Sequence record: SRR31156797_707
Strand: one strand, 5' to 3'
Length of the DNA: 64,000 bases
In this document: positions 9,602 to 19,861 of the stretch, one piece after another
Layout: each line of letters begins with the position of its first letter
How positions within the stretch are numbered: the first letter of the stretch is position 1
The notes under the pieces: model-generated
Seen by the model: only the letters and a program-made list of their open reading frames with translations
The model's database searches: none
What the model was told of the DNA's origin: nothing
Position numbers and translations under genes: made by a program

Positions 9602-10491
9602 TTTAACTTCTCCAGCATTAAACAGAATGAACAGGTGGGCAGAAAACTCTCCATCCCGCAAACTGCGCAATTGTGCATTTCCGGTCTCTCCTTCTCCACC
9701 TTGAACTTATCAGCGGCGGTTCGAAGAAACTCATTATAAAAATAATGCTTTGTGCCCGGCATCTTGCTCTCAAGCTCATTCAAAGCATTCTTATACGCCA
9801 TAGATGTCGCACCCAAAGCTTTCGGGCACTCCTCTGCGATATAATCTATCCCTTTCATAAAGGCGTAAGCACCAACTTCAAGCTCTGTCAGCCTGATGAG
9901 AGGTTTCACCTTCCTTTTTATGTAGTCACCATCTTCCGGCAGGTTAGGATCCATCTTACTAAGATAAGAAGCATCCCACTTCATCACATTACCGAGAAGC
10001 CTTGCTGATTCGTCGTCAAGGTTATGCCCTGTGGCGACCACATCAAACTTATTCTCGTATGCAACTTTATTAAAATAATAACGCTTGGCTGTACCGCATA
10101 TAGCACAAGCTTCACGTTTTATATTCTTTGCCATGAATGATATAGGGTGTCCAAGCTCAGTCAGGTTTACCACTATCGACTTAAGCCCGTGCTTCTCAGC
10201 GAATGAAATCACCTTCTCGTGAGATTTCATAGAATACGCCCCGATACCCAGATTTATATACATCCCCGTCGTATCAAAGCCCATCTCATGAAGCATATGC
10301 CAGAGGACAAGGCTATCTTTACCGCCGGAGACACAAACCATAATCTTATCAGACCAGTCAAACATCTTATGTTCACTGATACCCTTCTCGACCTGTCTGG
10401 TGAAAAACTCGACAAAATGATCTTTACAGAAAGAGGTATTGTGCCTTTTCAGTCTTATAAGTGCTCTCTCATCACATTTACGGCACTTCAT
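9598..10491 (-). CDS. ttuA: tRNA 2-thiolation enzyme, TtuA/Ncs6 type (TIGR00269-like)
   Basis: N-terminal CxxC...CxxH, PP-loop SGGKDS, CxxC, GHNLDD, ECP, C-terminal CxxC...CxxC zinc finger. Confidence 0.85.
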   Translation of the reverse strand: MKCRKCDERALIRLKRHNTSFCKDHFVEFFTRQVEKGISEHKMFDWSDKIMVCVSGGKDSLVLWHMLHEMGFDTTGMYINLGIGAYSMKSHEKVISFAEKHGLKSIVVNLTELGHPISFMAKNIKREACAICGTAKRYYFNKVAYENKFDVVATGHNLDDESARLLGNVMKWDASYLSKMDPNLPEDGDYIKRKVKPLIRLTELEVGAYAFMKGIDYIAEECPKALGATSMAYKNALNELESKMPGTKHYFYNEFLRTAADKFKVEKERPEMHNCAVCGMESFLPTCSFCLMLEKLK

Positions 10492-10679
10492 CCGCCGCTC
10501 ACCACAGCGATAATCCTTATCTCATCTTCGTGTCTGAGAACAATGTCCGGTGTAAGGAGTTCATCGCCCATAGCCACAAGCACTTCATTATCATTTAAAT
10601 GGAGTTCTTTCAGTATATCTTTTACTACTCTGCGCTTACATTCTTTAACTTTACCGTCAGGCATATGTACAATAACCAT
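10488..10679 (-). CDS. ttuB: ubiquitin-like MoaD/ThiS family sulfur carrier
   Basis: 63 aa ending VVSGG; translationally coupled to ttuA. Confidence 0.8.
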   Translation of the reverse strand: MVIVHMPDGKVKECKRRVVKDILKELHLNDNEVLVAMGDELLTPDIVLRHEDEIRIIAVVSGG

Positions 10680-10742
10680 TTCTTCACTCGCAATAATATT
10701 CGTGATAATAAGTAATTGATTAGACGTGGATTGTCAAACTAT

Positions 10743-11519
10743 TTAGAAATAAGAGGCACGCCTGATGGTGTCAGCATACCTTGTGATATCAACCTGACAG
10801 ATAACCTTACCGGACGAAGCCTGTTCTACATCAACAATCTTCGACTGGTCGTCATCCTCTGACTGGTCGCCTACATTCTGCCCCTGAACCTCAACCTCGA
10901 CAATGTTTATCTCAGCAGGAAAAGTGAGCTTAGTCATAGCTTTAACAGCTTTGAGGTTGTAAAGCCCCTCAACTATTTTATTGTTTTCAAGACGGGTTTC
11001 GAGTGTTATCTCAGTAAGGTCGAGCTCTATATCCTGAAGTGTTGGAGATTCTGAAAGCTTCGGCTTTATAAACCTATCGAGAACAAGCATCATACGGGAC
11101 TGGGCATGGTTAGCCACTGCACCGTTTAGGGTGTTAATCCTGTCAGCAAAGTTCTTCATAATACGATATGTGAGCTCGTGTGTTGAGAAAAGACCTCTGA
11201 TGAACATCTGGTTAGGACATTCGAGAGCCTTTACAACAGTTTTAGCTTTAACTGTAGCTGAGCGTTTATTATTAAGAAATGCCCCCATCTCTCCGACAAT
11301 ATCGCCGACACCTATTGTGGCGAGTATATTTTCGTTACCAAATCTATCTTCCCGGATAACTTCAGCCTCTCCAAATAGGACTATATACACTGTATTAGAG
11401 TAATCACCCTGTTTAACAATGTTCTTTCCTTCTTCATAGGCTTTGAGCTTTCCGTACTGTTTGAAAAGGGCTGTGATTTCCTGATTAACTTTAAAAGCAA
11501 ACCCTGCTTTTTTATTCAT
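10743..11519 (-). CDS. cyclic nucleotide-binding (Crp/Fnr-like) protein with atypical C-terminus
   Basis: QGD...YIVLFGEAEV...GDIVGEM...RSATV cNMP motif; start uncertain (11528/11519). Confidence 0.75.
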   Translation of the reverse strand: MNKKAGFAFKVNQEITALFKQYGKLKAYEEGKNIVKQGDYSNTVYIVLFGEAEVIREDRFGNENILATIGVGDIVGEMGAFLNNKRSATVKAKTVVKALECPNQMFIRGLFSTHELTYRIMKNFADRINTLNGAVANHAQSRMMLVLDRFIKPKLSESPTLQDIELDLTEITLETRLENNKIVEGLYNLKAVKAMTKLTFPAEINIVEVEVQGQNVGDQSEDDDQSKIVDVEQASSGKVICQVDITRYADTIRRASYF

Positions 11520-11579
11520 ATAACACACACTCGCTTGTTTATTAGATTGAGTTTAACCGGAAAACTGAAATTATGAAAC

Positions 11580-11606
11580 AAAAAAGCCCCGCCAAAATGA
11601 CGGGGC
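11580..11606 (-). terminator. intrinsic terminator
   Basis: GCCCCG/CGGGGC stem with U tract on minus strand after the 880-aa gene. Confidence 0.8.
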
Positions 11607-11631
11607 CTGAATATTATATTAACTAATTATC

Positions 11632-14274
11632 TTAGTTAGGTGTGTAGCCTGTAGCGAGCTCGCCATCTACGATAGCAGGGTCGCCGTTGTTAACAAGCTC
11701 AGACGCTGCGGGAACCTGTCCCATCATGCCATCAGATGTAGGATCTACCCAGTTATCAAGATTGATAAACTGCTCAGTATAGTCTACGATAGCCAGCCCG
11801 TCTGCTGTACAGTTTGCTGTATCAACTACTCTCATGTAGTGCTCTTCTTCGAGAGCTTTGATAACAACTTCTACTGTTGTACCGGATGCGTTCTTATAGG
11901 TTGCAAGAGCGCCGGCAGGGATAGTTATCTCATTTCTCATCTGGAGCCAACCATCATACTCGCCGTCCCAGCCCATTTCGTTCCACGGACAATCGATTTC
12001 TGTACCTGTTTCGCCGTCAAAGCACTGCTCAGGGATACCCCAGAGGTTACCGAAACCTTCGTACTGAAGCATGTATGTCTTACCATTTGCAGCATGCTCA
12101 TACTTAAGGTTCAGAGGCTGCTGGAATGCTACTACGTTGTTGCTCGCATCTTCGATAGATACAAGCTTGTTCCAGCTATCTTTACCAGTTTCCCAGCGGT
12201 AAAAAGCATCCGCTGTAGACTCAAGCATCCATCCGCATGTCTGTGTATTGTCCCAGTCACACTGGATCATAGCAGACGTGATATCAGCAGTAGGTACAAG
12301 TGCACCGGTTGAAATTCCCCACATACCTTCAGGAGCATCTGCAGGGAATGCAATTTTGTTTGCAGTAGCTACGCTGTCTTTATAAAGAGACATACTAGCC
12401 TCATCAAAGATGTATGTGTAAGCTGTTGAGCTGTCCCAGTTACCACTCTGATGGTCAATATACTGATTAGCTTGATCATCAAGCTGAGTCGGATCAGGAC
12501 AGTTCTGGTAACATGAAAGAGCTACGCCGTCGAGAGCCGTTGCTACAGAGTCACCAGGGAGAACTTCAGTCTCAGCATAGAATGTTACAGTTACGTGATC
12601 GTCGTCAAGTACACCGGAACAGTCGAAAGAATCGTTGCTCCAGTCCATATCATCAACGTTAGATTCTGTACATCCATCGATCTGGATTCTTACATTACCG
12701 TTAAGCTGCTCTGACCAGAAGTAAAGATCAGGCCACTGAAGAGCAGACATATCAACCTCAGAATCAGATGTATCTTCATCCCAGTACCAGTTAGAGTCAC
12801 GTATAGCATCTATAGCGAATTTTGTTCCGTCCCATGATACACGGTACTCGTCACCTGTAGCGTTATCCCAGTAGTTAAGCTGGACATCCTGAATCTTAGA
12901 AAGATTAGTTGTCTCTTTAACTACCTTGCGGAGCTTACCAGGGAATACGTTGATTGTGTAGCTTTCAGATGTATCTAAATCGTAATCTGCCCAGTCGAAA
13001 GCGTAAACAGTCTGACCATCAAGTGTAGAGATGTCTACCTCACCGTTATCAGTGTAGAAGTTTACACCCCAGTAGCCAGCCCAGCCCTGAATGACTTCGT
13101 CGCCGCTTGCATAACCGACCTGAATACCACTGGATATTTCAACTCTGTCGCCAGTAGAATCATAAACTCCGTAGCGCCATGCATTTCTATTAGGGTTTGC
13201 TCTGTCGAAACATTTAGCTTCGTCGCCTTCGTACTGTCTCATAAAGTAATTGTCATTATATGCAATATTAAATTCTTCTTGAATCTGCTCAAAGCCACCA
13301 GGACCAAAATCGAAATCTGCCATACTAGCAGCACCACGACCACCGTTTGTGTTTTTAGCCATAATAACTTTTTCATCAACTTCAATAGTTACAGGAATAC
13401 CTTCGATCTCTTCATCCATTTCACCAAAGTTTGTGAAAGCGAGAAGATTCTCTCCAGCAGTGTTAACGAAAGATTTCATCATACCGCTAAAGTCAGATTC
13501 AGCAGTAAGATCAGCCTCTTTCTCAGAACCTGTAGCAAATGGAAGGATTTTGAAGTTCATAGTGAAAACTCCGAAAGGAGGAACTTCATCTCTGTCCTTA
13601 GTAACTACGATTCTTGCAAAGATGATACCACTAGGTCCACCGTCTCCCCCATCTTCAGACTCAGGTATCCAAGCCTCAACAACCTGAGGTGAGTTCTCAT
13701 CAGCTCTTAAAACATTGACAACCCAATACTCATAGTCCGGAACGTCAACAGATTCCTGACCAGTACCCTCCTGCTGTCCGCCAGAACCAGTCTCACGAGC
13801 TTCACAAAGTTCGGAGTTGATCTGAGCAATATACGGACCCTGGTTAACCATAAGGTCTGTTCTGGTTTGCTCAATCATACAGAGAATTTCATTTGGTGTG
13901 CCAAAAGCCTCTACAGACCTATCGTTTACCCATACTTCTGTTTGGTCAACGTTATAGTCTACTGTCGCAGAAAATGCATCAGTATCAATAGCTCTGAGAA
14001 TTGCTTTTGCAAGACCAAACTCAGCAATGCTGGAAGCCGATGCTGTTGAGTCAACAACAGAAACTCTTGAAGCCATATCAAGTGTCTCAATACCTGTAGC
14101 ACCTTTGGCTACAACTAAAGTACCATCAGCGGCATCCGCCTCTTCCGTAGAAATAGTTGTTGAAGTGTCTGTAGTTGTCGGTGTCGTGCTGCTCCCTCCA
14201 CTGCCGCCGCAACCTGACAGTGCTAATGAAACTGTCATAATTGAGGCAATAAAGAGAATTCTTAAATTAATCAT
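11632..14274 (-). CDS. large acidic lipoprotein of unknown function
   Basis: 880 aa; lipobox LSGC followed by GGSGGSSTTPTTT linker; Asp/Glu/Trp/Cys-rich; GGAGG RBS. Confidence 0.85.
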   Translation of the reverse strand: MINLRILFIASIMTVSLALSGCGGSGGSSTTPTTTDTSTTISTEEADAADGTLVVAKGATGIETLDMASRVSVVDSTASASSIAEFGLAKAILRAIDTDAFSATVDYNVDQTEVWVNDRSVEAFGTPNEILCMIEQTRTDLMVNQGPYIAQINSELCEARETGSGGQQEGTGQESVDVPDYEYWVVNVLRADENSPQVVEAWIPESEDGGDGGPSGIIFARIVVTKDRDEVPPFGVFTMNFKILPFATGSEKEADLTAESDFSGMMKSFVNTAGENLLAFTNFGEMDEEIEGIPVTIEVDEKVIMAKNTNGGRGAASMADFDFGPGGFEQIQEEFNIAYNDNYFMRQYEGDEAKCFDRANPNRNAWRYGVYDSTGDRVEISSGIQVGYASGDEVIQGWAGYWGVNFYTDNGEVDISTLDGQTVYAFDWADYDLDTSESYTINVFPGKLRKVVKETTNLSKIQDVQLNYWDNATGDEYRVSWDGTKFAIDAIRDSNWYWDEDTSDSEVDMSALQWPDLYFWSEQLNGNVRIQIDGCTESNVDDMDWSNDSFDCSGVLDDDHVTVTFYAETEVLPGDSVATALDGVALSCYQNCPDPTQLDDQANQYIDHQSGNWDSSTAYTYIFDEASMSLYKDSVATANKIAFPADAPEGMWGISTGALVPTADITSAMIQCDWDNTQTCGWMLESTADAFYRWETGKDSWNKLVSIEDASNNVVAFQQPLNLKYEHAANGKTYMLQYEGFGNLWGIPEQCFDGETGTEIDCPWNEMGWDGEYDGWLQMRNEITIPAGALATYKNASGTTVEVVIKALEEEHYMRVVDTANCTADGLAIVDYTEQFINLDNWVDPTSDGMMGQVPAASELVNNGDPAIVDGELATGYTPN

Positions 14275-14555
14275 CCTACCCTCCTAGATATATTTTCTAC
14301 ACATTTTACACATGAGAAACACATCGTTGTATGTCGTAATAATATCCATATTAATCTCTGCTAAACAAGTAAATTTTACCTAAAAATTTATTAGCATAAC
14401 AACCGTCTGCAGTATAATTACCAAACATTCATTTATTAGATAAATTATGACAAAAAACTTACAAAATCATGCTACTTATCTCAAAAAGCCTTATAAAACA
14501 TAGATTGACATTTGTTTTATTTTACTTTATAAGTTTTAGGTTGGAGGAATAATAT

Positions 14556-15662
14556 ATGTGTCGTATTGGTGCTATTAAATCAAAAAACTACATTCACCCT
14601 TCCAAGGCTCTTACACTAATGAGATCAATGCAGAAAGGACATGACAATTCCGGCTTTGCAATGATCATGCAGGACCTTGGCGGGCGATTCGCAAATTATA
14701 AAGAATTACCGATTCTTTCCATGGCTTGCACGGACGAAGGAACTAAGATCGCTGAAGATATTCTTCACGAAGTTGGCTTCTCACGTGTTATGCAGTGGAA
14801 CCCTGAGATAAATCCAGACCCAGAGCTTGACATAGAGCCTATGCCTGACTATATCTTTCAGGTTCTCCACTACCCTAAGAGCTATAAGTACGCTCCGGAT
14901 GAAGAGAGAGAGGAGCTCCTCGTTGAAACGAGACTCCGCATAAGAGAAGCGCTTGAGGCTACCGATGACGGCTACGTCTATTCTTTCTGGCCTGATGTTC
15001 TCACACTGAAAGAGATCGGTGACCCGACTGATATCGGAACATACTTTAACCTATGGGAAGAAGATGAGGACTTCACTGCTAAGATTATCACTGCTCAGTG
15101 CCGTCAGAACACTAACTACGACATCGTACGTTACGCTGCTCACCCGTTCTTCCTTCAGGGATATACTGCTCTCGCTAACGGTGAGAACACATTCTACGAG
15201 AAGAACAAAAACATACAGAAGAGCCTTTATAAAGGATATATCGGTTTCGAATCCGACTCACAATGTTTCCTTTACACACTCCACTACATCCACAAGATGC
15301 TCAAGTGGCCTCTTCAATATTACAAACACACCATCACTCCTCTTCCGTTCGAAGATGCGCAGAGAAGAGATGATAACGAAATCCTCGGCAGCATCCGTGC
15401 GGCACTTGGAAACCTTGAAATCAACGGACCAAACACTATTATCGGCGTTCTCCCTGACGGAACCATGTTCAACACCTGCGACGCTAAAAAGCTCCGCCCT
15501 GTTGTTATCGGACGTACAGAAGACACTGCTGTTCTCGCATCAGAGGTAACAGGTCTCAACGAGATCCTCCCTGAGCGTGACTGGTCAACAGATATATATA
15601 CTAACGAACGTGAAACTGTTGTAATCACTAACGATCTGGAGGTGCAGAGATGGCAACAATGA
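14556..15662 (+). CDS. glutamate synthase, class II glutamine amidotransferase subunit
   Basis: N-terminal M-C nucleophile; RQNTN, AHPF, NGE, SDS, NGP, KKLRP, ASE motifs. Confidence 0.88.
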   Translation: MCRIGAIKSKNYIHPSKALTLMRSMQKGHDNSGFAMIMQDLGGRFANYKELPILSMACTDEGTKIAEDILHEVGFSRVMQWNPEINPDPELDIEPMPDYIFQVLHYPKSYKYAPDEEREELLVETRLRIREALEATDDGYVYSFWPDVLTLKEIGDPTDIGTYFNLWEEDEDFTAKIITAQCRQNTNYDIVRYAAHPFFLQGYTALANGENTFYEKNKNIQKSLYKGYIGFESDSQCFLYTLHYIHKMLKWPLQYYKHTITPLPFEDAQRRDDNEILGSIRAALGNLEINGPNTIIGVLPDGTMFNTCDAKKLRPVVIGRTEDTAVLASEVTGLNEILPERDWSTDIYTNERETVVITNDLEVQRWQQ

Positions 15663-17290
15663 AGGTAAACGACATCTCCAGAGACGATCTGGATTGGAAA
15701 ATTGCATACAGACCTGACCGATGTACACTCTGCGGTAAATGCGTGGCTTCATGCCCGTTCAAAGCTATCGAAGTTGGCGTTGAAAAACGCAGAAAGGTAG
15801 TTAGCGACCACTTCACGCCAGACCCAAAGGTAGAATTCAAAACTATCCCTGTAATCAGACAGGTTGTAAACGTATACGATTTCTGCCGTGGATGCGGACT
15901 TTGCGAAAGAGTATGCCCTAACGAAGCTATCAATCCTGAGCGTAACACAGACGCCAGAATGGGCGCAAAATACCGTGCAACAGTGGCAGACCCATATAAA
16001 AGAGGCGGACGTGCGAACCTATCAACAGGCAACCGCACACTCGACAAGATCAGAGTTGGTCGTATCTCTCAGATGACTGACCCATCTCTCGACGCTCTCA
16101 GACACACATTCGATATGCTCGCACCATTTGGTAGGGTTTTACCTGCTGATGAGATGCCATTCGACATTCAGAACGGCAAGCTTGTTATGAACGATGCAAC
16201 ACCGAAGGTAAACTGGATTTACCCTATCGTAATCGGTGACATGTCCATCGGTGCTCTATCATGGAGAATGTGGGAAGCTATGGCGATCGCTACTGCCTAC
16301 CTGAACGAAGAGTGCGGTATCCCTATCCGTATGTGTTCCGGTGAAGGTGGTGTACCTGTCAGACTTCTTAAGTCGAGATACCTTAAGTACACAATTCTTC
16401 AGATCGCTTCCGGTCACTTCGGCTGGAACCGTATCATAAACGCTATGCCTGATATGAAAGAGCTTCCTGGCGGAGTTCTTATCAAGATCGGTCAAGGTGC
16501 GAAACCTGGTGACGGCGGTCTCCTTCAAGCTAAAAAGGTTGCACCGCACATCTCTGAGATTCGTGGAGTTCCGAAGGCTGACCTTCTCTCTCCTCCGAAC
16601 CATCAGGGGCTATACTCTATTGAGGAATCAGTACAGAAGATGTTCCTCTCATTCAATGCGGCATTCAAATTCGAAGTGCCTGTAGCTATTAAGGTGGCTG
16701 CATCATCCACTTCGGTTTCCGTATATAACAACCTGCTCCGTGACCCTTACAACATCGTCGGCGGTTTCTTCCTCGACGGTATCAACGGCGGTACGGGTGC
16801 GGCTAACGAGATATCACTCGACCACACTGGTCACCCTATTGTGTCTAAGCTTCGTGACTGTTACAACGCAGCTGTTCACCAAGGTAAGCAAGGTCAGATT
16901 CCACTCTGGGCTGCTGGCGGTCTCGGTGCTAACTGGAACCTCGCCGCTGACGCTTTCAAGATGATGGCGCTCGGTGCTAACGGTGTTTTCACCGGAAAGC
17001 TTATGCTCCAGCTCGCTGGTTGCGTTGGTAACGACAAAGGTAAGTGTAACGCATGTAACACTGGTCTCTGCCCTGTAGGTATCTGTACTCAGAACCCTGC
17101 ACTGGTTAAGAGACTCGACATAGACAAGGCGGCAGAAGCGATTGTTAACTACTTCATCTCAACTGATTACGAGCTGAAGAAGATGCTCGCTCCTATCGGT
17201 AACAGCTCACTCCCTGTTGGGCGTTCAGACTGTCTTATCTCTGAAGATAAGGCTGTGGCTGATCAACTTAACATACAGTACGGCTGCTAA
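15650..17290 (+). CDS. glutamate synthase FMN-binding subunit with N-terminal 2x[4Fe-4S] ferredoxin
   Basis: Two CxxCxxCxxxCP; MSIGALS, SGEGG, QIASG, KIGQGAKPGDGG, SPP-x-H, GGTGA, CPVGICTQ. Confidence 0.9.
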   Translation: MATMKVNDISRDDLDWKIAYRPDRCTLCGKCVASCPFKAIEVGVEKRRKVVSDHFTPDPKVEFKTIPVIRQVVNVYDFCRGCGLCERVCPNEAINPERNTDARMGAKYRATVADPYKRGGRANLSTGNRTLDKIRVGRISQMTDPSLDALRHTFDMLAPFGRVLPADEMPFDIQNGKLVMNDATPKVNWIYPIVIGDMSIGALSWRMWEAMAIATAYLNEECGIPIRMCSGEGGVPVRLLKSRYLKYTILQIASGHFGWNRIINAMPDMKELPGGVLIKIGQGAKPGDGGLLQAKKVAPHISEIRGVPKADLLSPPNHQGLYSIEESVQKMFLSFNAAFKFEVPVAIKVAASSTSVSVYNNLLRDPYNIVGGFFLDGINGGTGAANEISLDHTGHPIVSKLRDCYNAAVHQGKQGQIPLWAAGGLGANWNLAADAFKMMALGANGVFTGKLMLQLAGCVGNDKGKCNACNTGLCPVGICTQNPALVKRLDIDKAAEAIVNYFISTDYELKKMLAPIGNSSLPVGRSDCLISEDKAVADQLNIQYGC

Positions 17291-17305
17291 GGGAGGGGAT
17301 GAGAA

Positions 17306-19642
17306 ATGGCTAATAAAACTGCAAAAATAAACGGTATTGTTGATGGAAAGAGGATTTCCACTCAGAAGCTCCTCTATGAAGTATATGACAAGCTGAACGA
17401 AGGCGTTAAAGAGTTCGAAATCGACGCTAACGGTCAGCACAACATCGGCGGTTCCCTCTGGGACGCTGATGGTGCAACACTAAAATTCAAAGTGACTAAC
17501 CCGGGACAGCGTGTCGGCTCTATGGGTATGTTCGGTACAGAGATAGAGATCATCGGTTCTGCTCCTGCGGATGTGGGCTGGCTTAACGCCGGTGCTAACA
17601 TCGTGCTCAAGGGTGACGGTGGTGACACTACTGCTCACTGTGCGGCTACTGGTAATATCTATGTAGCGGGTAGAACAGGAACACGTTCCGGCGCACTGAT
17701 GAAGGACGACCCGAAATTCCCTGCTCCTGAGTTCTGGGTACTTAGAAGCACAGGCTCTTTCAGCTTTGAGTTCATGGGCGGCGGTATAGGTGTTGTCTGC
17801 GGTTTCGACTGTGATGAGATGGACTCTATCATGGGCGACAGAAGCTGCATCGGTATGGTTGGCGGTACTGTCTATTTCCGAGGCAAAACAAAAGGTCTCG
17901 CAGAAGACGTATGGGTCATGGATCTCGATGCTAATGATAAAGAATTCCTTACAGAGGGTCTCCCTAGATTCCTCGAAAAAATAGATAGAAAAGACGCTCT
18001 CGATAAGCTCACAGACATGAGCCAGTGGAAGAAGGCAGTAGCCAAAACTTACGAAGAGCGCAAGATGAAGTCACTCATGCCTATGCGTGATTTCAGACAC
18101 GAAAGATGGGTCGAAGGCGGAATCTTTGGCGACATCATCGATGAAGATTACTATGTAGCACAGTACGTTGAGACTGGCGAATACAGACTTAAATACCCTG
18201 AGTGGCAGAATGCGCACTACTCTGCACCTTGCGAGTATAACTGCCCTGTCTTCATCCCGACACAGAAGCGTATCGCACTGCTCCGTCAGGACAAAGTTCA
18301 GGAAGCACTCGAGCTTGTACTAGAATACAGCCCGTTCCCTGCATCCGTTTGCGGTCAGGTCTGCCCTAACCTCTGTCAGGATATATGCTCACGTAAGCAT
18401 GTGGACATCCCTGTTAAGATCAAAGAGCTCGGAGCTCTCTCACAGAAAGCTGAGGCGAAAGGCTTCGATGCACCTGAAAAGAAAGAGAAGGTCGCTATCA
18501 TCGGTTCCGGTGGTGCAGGTCTCACAGCGGCTTGGCACCTTCGCAAGATGGGCTATAAGGTTGACGTTTTCGAAGAAGACTCAGTGGTAGGCGGTAAGCT
18601 GAAGCAGGTTATCCCTAACGAGAGGCTCGCTGCTGACATCCTCGAAACAGAGATTCAGAGAATCCTCGACAAGGGCGTTAATGTTCACACTAATACTCTT
18701 GTAGACAAGGATAAGTTCAATAAACTTACAAAAGACTTCGATGCTGTTGTAATAGCTGTCGGTGCTCACATACCTGTGGTCATCCCGTTCGAAGGGCACG
18801 AAAAGCTTGTTAAAGGTCTCGACTTCCTAAAGGAAGTTAATAAAGGTCAGAACCCGAAAGTCGGCGAAAAAGTTGTCGTTATCGGTGCTGGTAATGCGGC
18901 TATGGACGTTGTTATCGGTGCATACGAGATGGGCGCTAAGGAAGTCACAGCTATCGACATCCAGAAGCCTGCGGCGTTCGATGTTGAGATCGAGCATGTT
19001 AAAAAACTCGGTGCAAAGATACTCTGGCCACGCTTCACAGACAAGGTTACAGACGAAGGCGTTGTCCTCAAAGACGGCACACTCATCGAAGCTAATACGG
19101 TTATAATCGCCATCGGCGACAGACCAAACTTCGAGTTCCTCGAACGTGACTGGCTCAATGAGAAAGGGCTTGTGAAGATGAACGAATTCCTTCAGTGCGA
19201 TGGCAACGAAAAAGTTTTCATGACTGGTGACGCCATCACTCAGGGGCTTTTCACACACGCACTCGGCGACGGACGTAAGGCAGCCATCAATATCGATAGG
19301 ATGATCAACGGTCGTAAACTAGACAATTTTGAGAAAGCTCCTGTTATCCCGCAGGATAAGATAAAAGACGAATATTACCATCCACTTAACGCTACTCGTG
19401 TTTCCGATATGGACGCTGGTGACGAGACAATGCGTTGCATGAGCTGTGGTTTCTGCCGTGACTGTTCTTTCTGCCTTGAGGTTTGCCCTGAGCAAGCTAT
19501 CACAAGGACAGAAAACCCTGACGGCACATTTGAGTATCTGTCTAATCCATCGAAATGTATCGGATGCGGAATATGCTCCGGCGTTTGCCCTTGCGGCGTT
19601 TGGACTATGCACGACATGGTCGACAAAATGATGGAGTCCTAG
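17306..19642 (+). CDS. glutamate synthase GXGXG domain fused to GltD-like FAD/NAD(P) oxidoreductase and C-terminal ferredoxin
   Basis: GXGXG repeats (GQRVGSMG, GSFSFEFMGGG); PCEYNCP, CGQVCP, IIGSGGAG, IGAGNAAMD; two C-terminal CxxCxxCxxxCP. Confidence 0.88.
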   Translation: MANKTAKINGIVDGKRISTQKLLYEVYDKLNEGVKEFEIDANGQHNIGGSLWDADGATLKFKVTNPGQRVGSMGMFGTEIEIIGSAPADVGWLNAGANIVLKGDGGDTTAHCAATGNIYVAGRTGTRSGALMKDDPKFPAPEFWVLRSTGSFSFEFMGGGIGVVCGFDCDEMDSIMGDRSCIGMVGGTVYFRGKTKGLAEDVWVMDLDANDKEFLTEGLPRFLEKIDRKDALDKLTDMSQWKKAVAKTYEERKMKSLMPMRDFRHERWVEGGIFGDIIDEDYYVAQYVETGEYRLKYPEWQNAHYSAPCEYNCPVFIPTQKRIALLRQDKVQEALELVLEYSPFPASVCGQVCPNLCQDICSRKHVDIPVKIKELGALSQKAEAKGFDAPEKKEKVAIIGSGGAGLTAAWHLRKMGYKVDVFEEDSVVGGKLKQVIPNERLAADILETEIQRILDKGVNVHTNTLVDKDKFNKLTKDFDAVVIAVGAHIPVVIPFEGHEKLVKGLDFLKEVNKGQNPKVGEKVVVIGAGNAAMDVVIGAYEMGAKEVTAIDIQKPAAFDVEIEHVKKLGAKILWPRFTDKVTDEGVVLKDGTLIEANTVIIAIGDRPNFEFLERDWLNEKGLVKMNEFLQCDGNEKVFMTGDAITQGLFTHALGDGRKAAINIDRMINGRKLDNFEKAPVIPQDKIKDEYYHPLNATRVSDMDAGDETMRCMSCGFCRDCSFCLEVCPEQAITRTENPDGTFEYLSNPSKCIGCGICSGVCPCGVWTMHDMVDKMMES

Positions 19643-19741
19643 CAGGACATGATAAGTACAATACTGTGAACGCCTCTTGTGCGTCCACACTTTGCGGTTT
19701 CCGATGGAAACCTGATATATAACATACTACAACTTCCAACC

Positions 19742-19772
19742 AAAAAGCCCACTCTAAACTGTGGGCTTTTTT
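19742..19772 (+). terminator. intrinsic terminator of the glutamate synthase operon
   Basis: AAAAAGCCCAC...GTGGGCTTTTTT. Confidence 0.8.
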
Positions 19773-19861
19773 AATGAGACTTTTAAATGTTTTTGCTATT
19801 ACTTGTCCACTCGAATTGTTATCATACTGCATATGAAAAGAATAACCATAAGGGGTGCATA

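Noticed and set aside
19649-19775. ATG...TGA followed by hairpins after the glutamate synthase operon, considered as a second Sec ORF
   Set aside because: UGA lies inside the first hairpin, there is no Cys/Sec motif, and read-through would run into the terminator.
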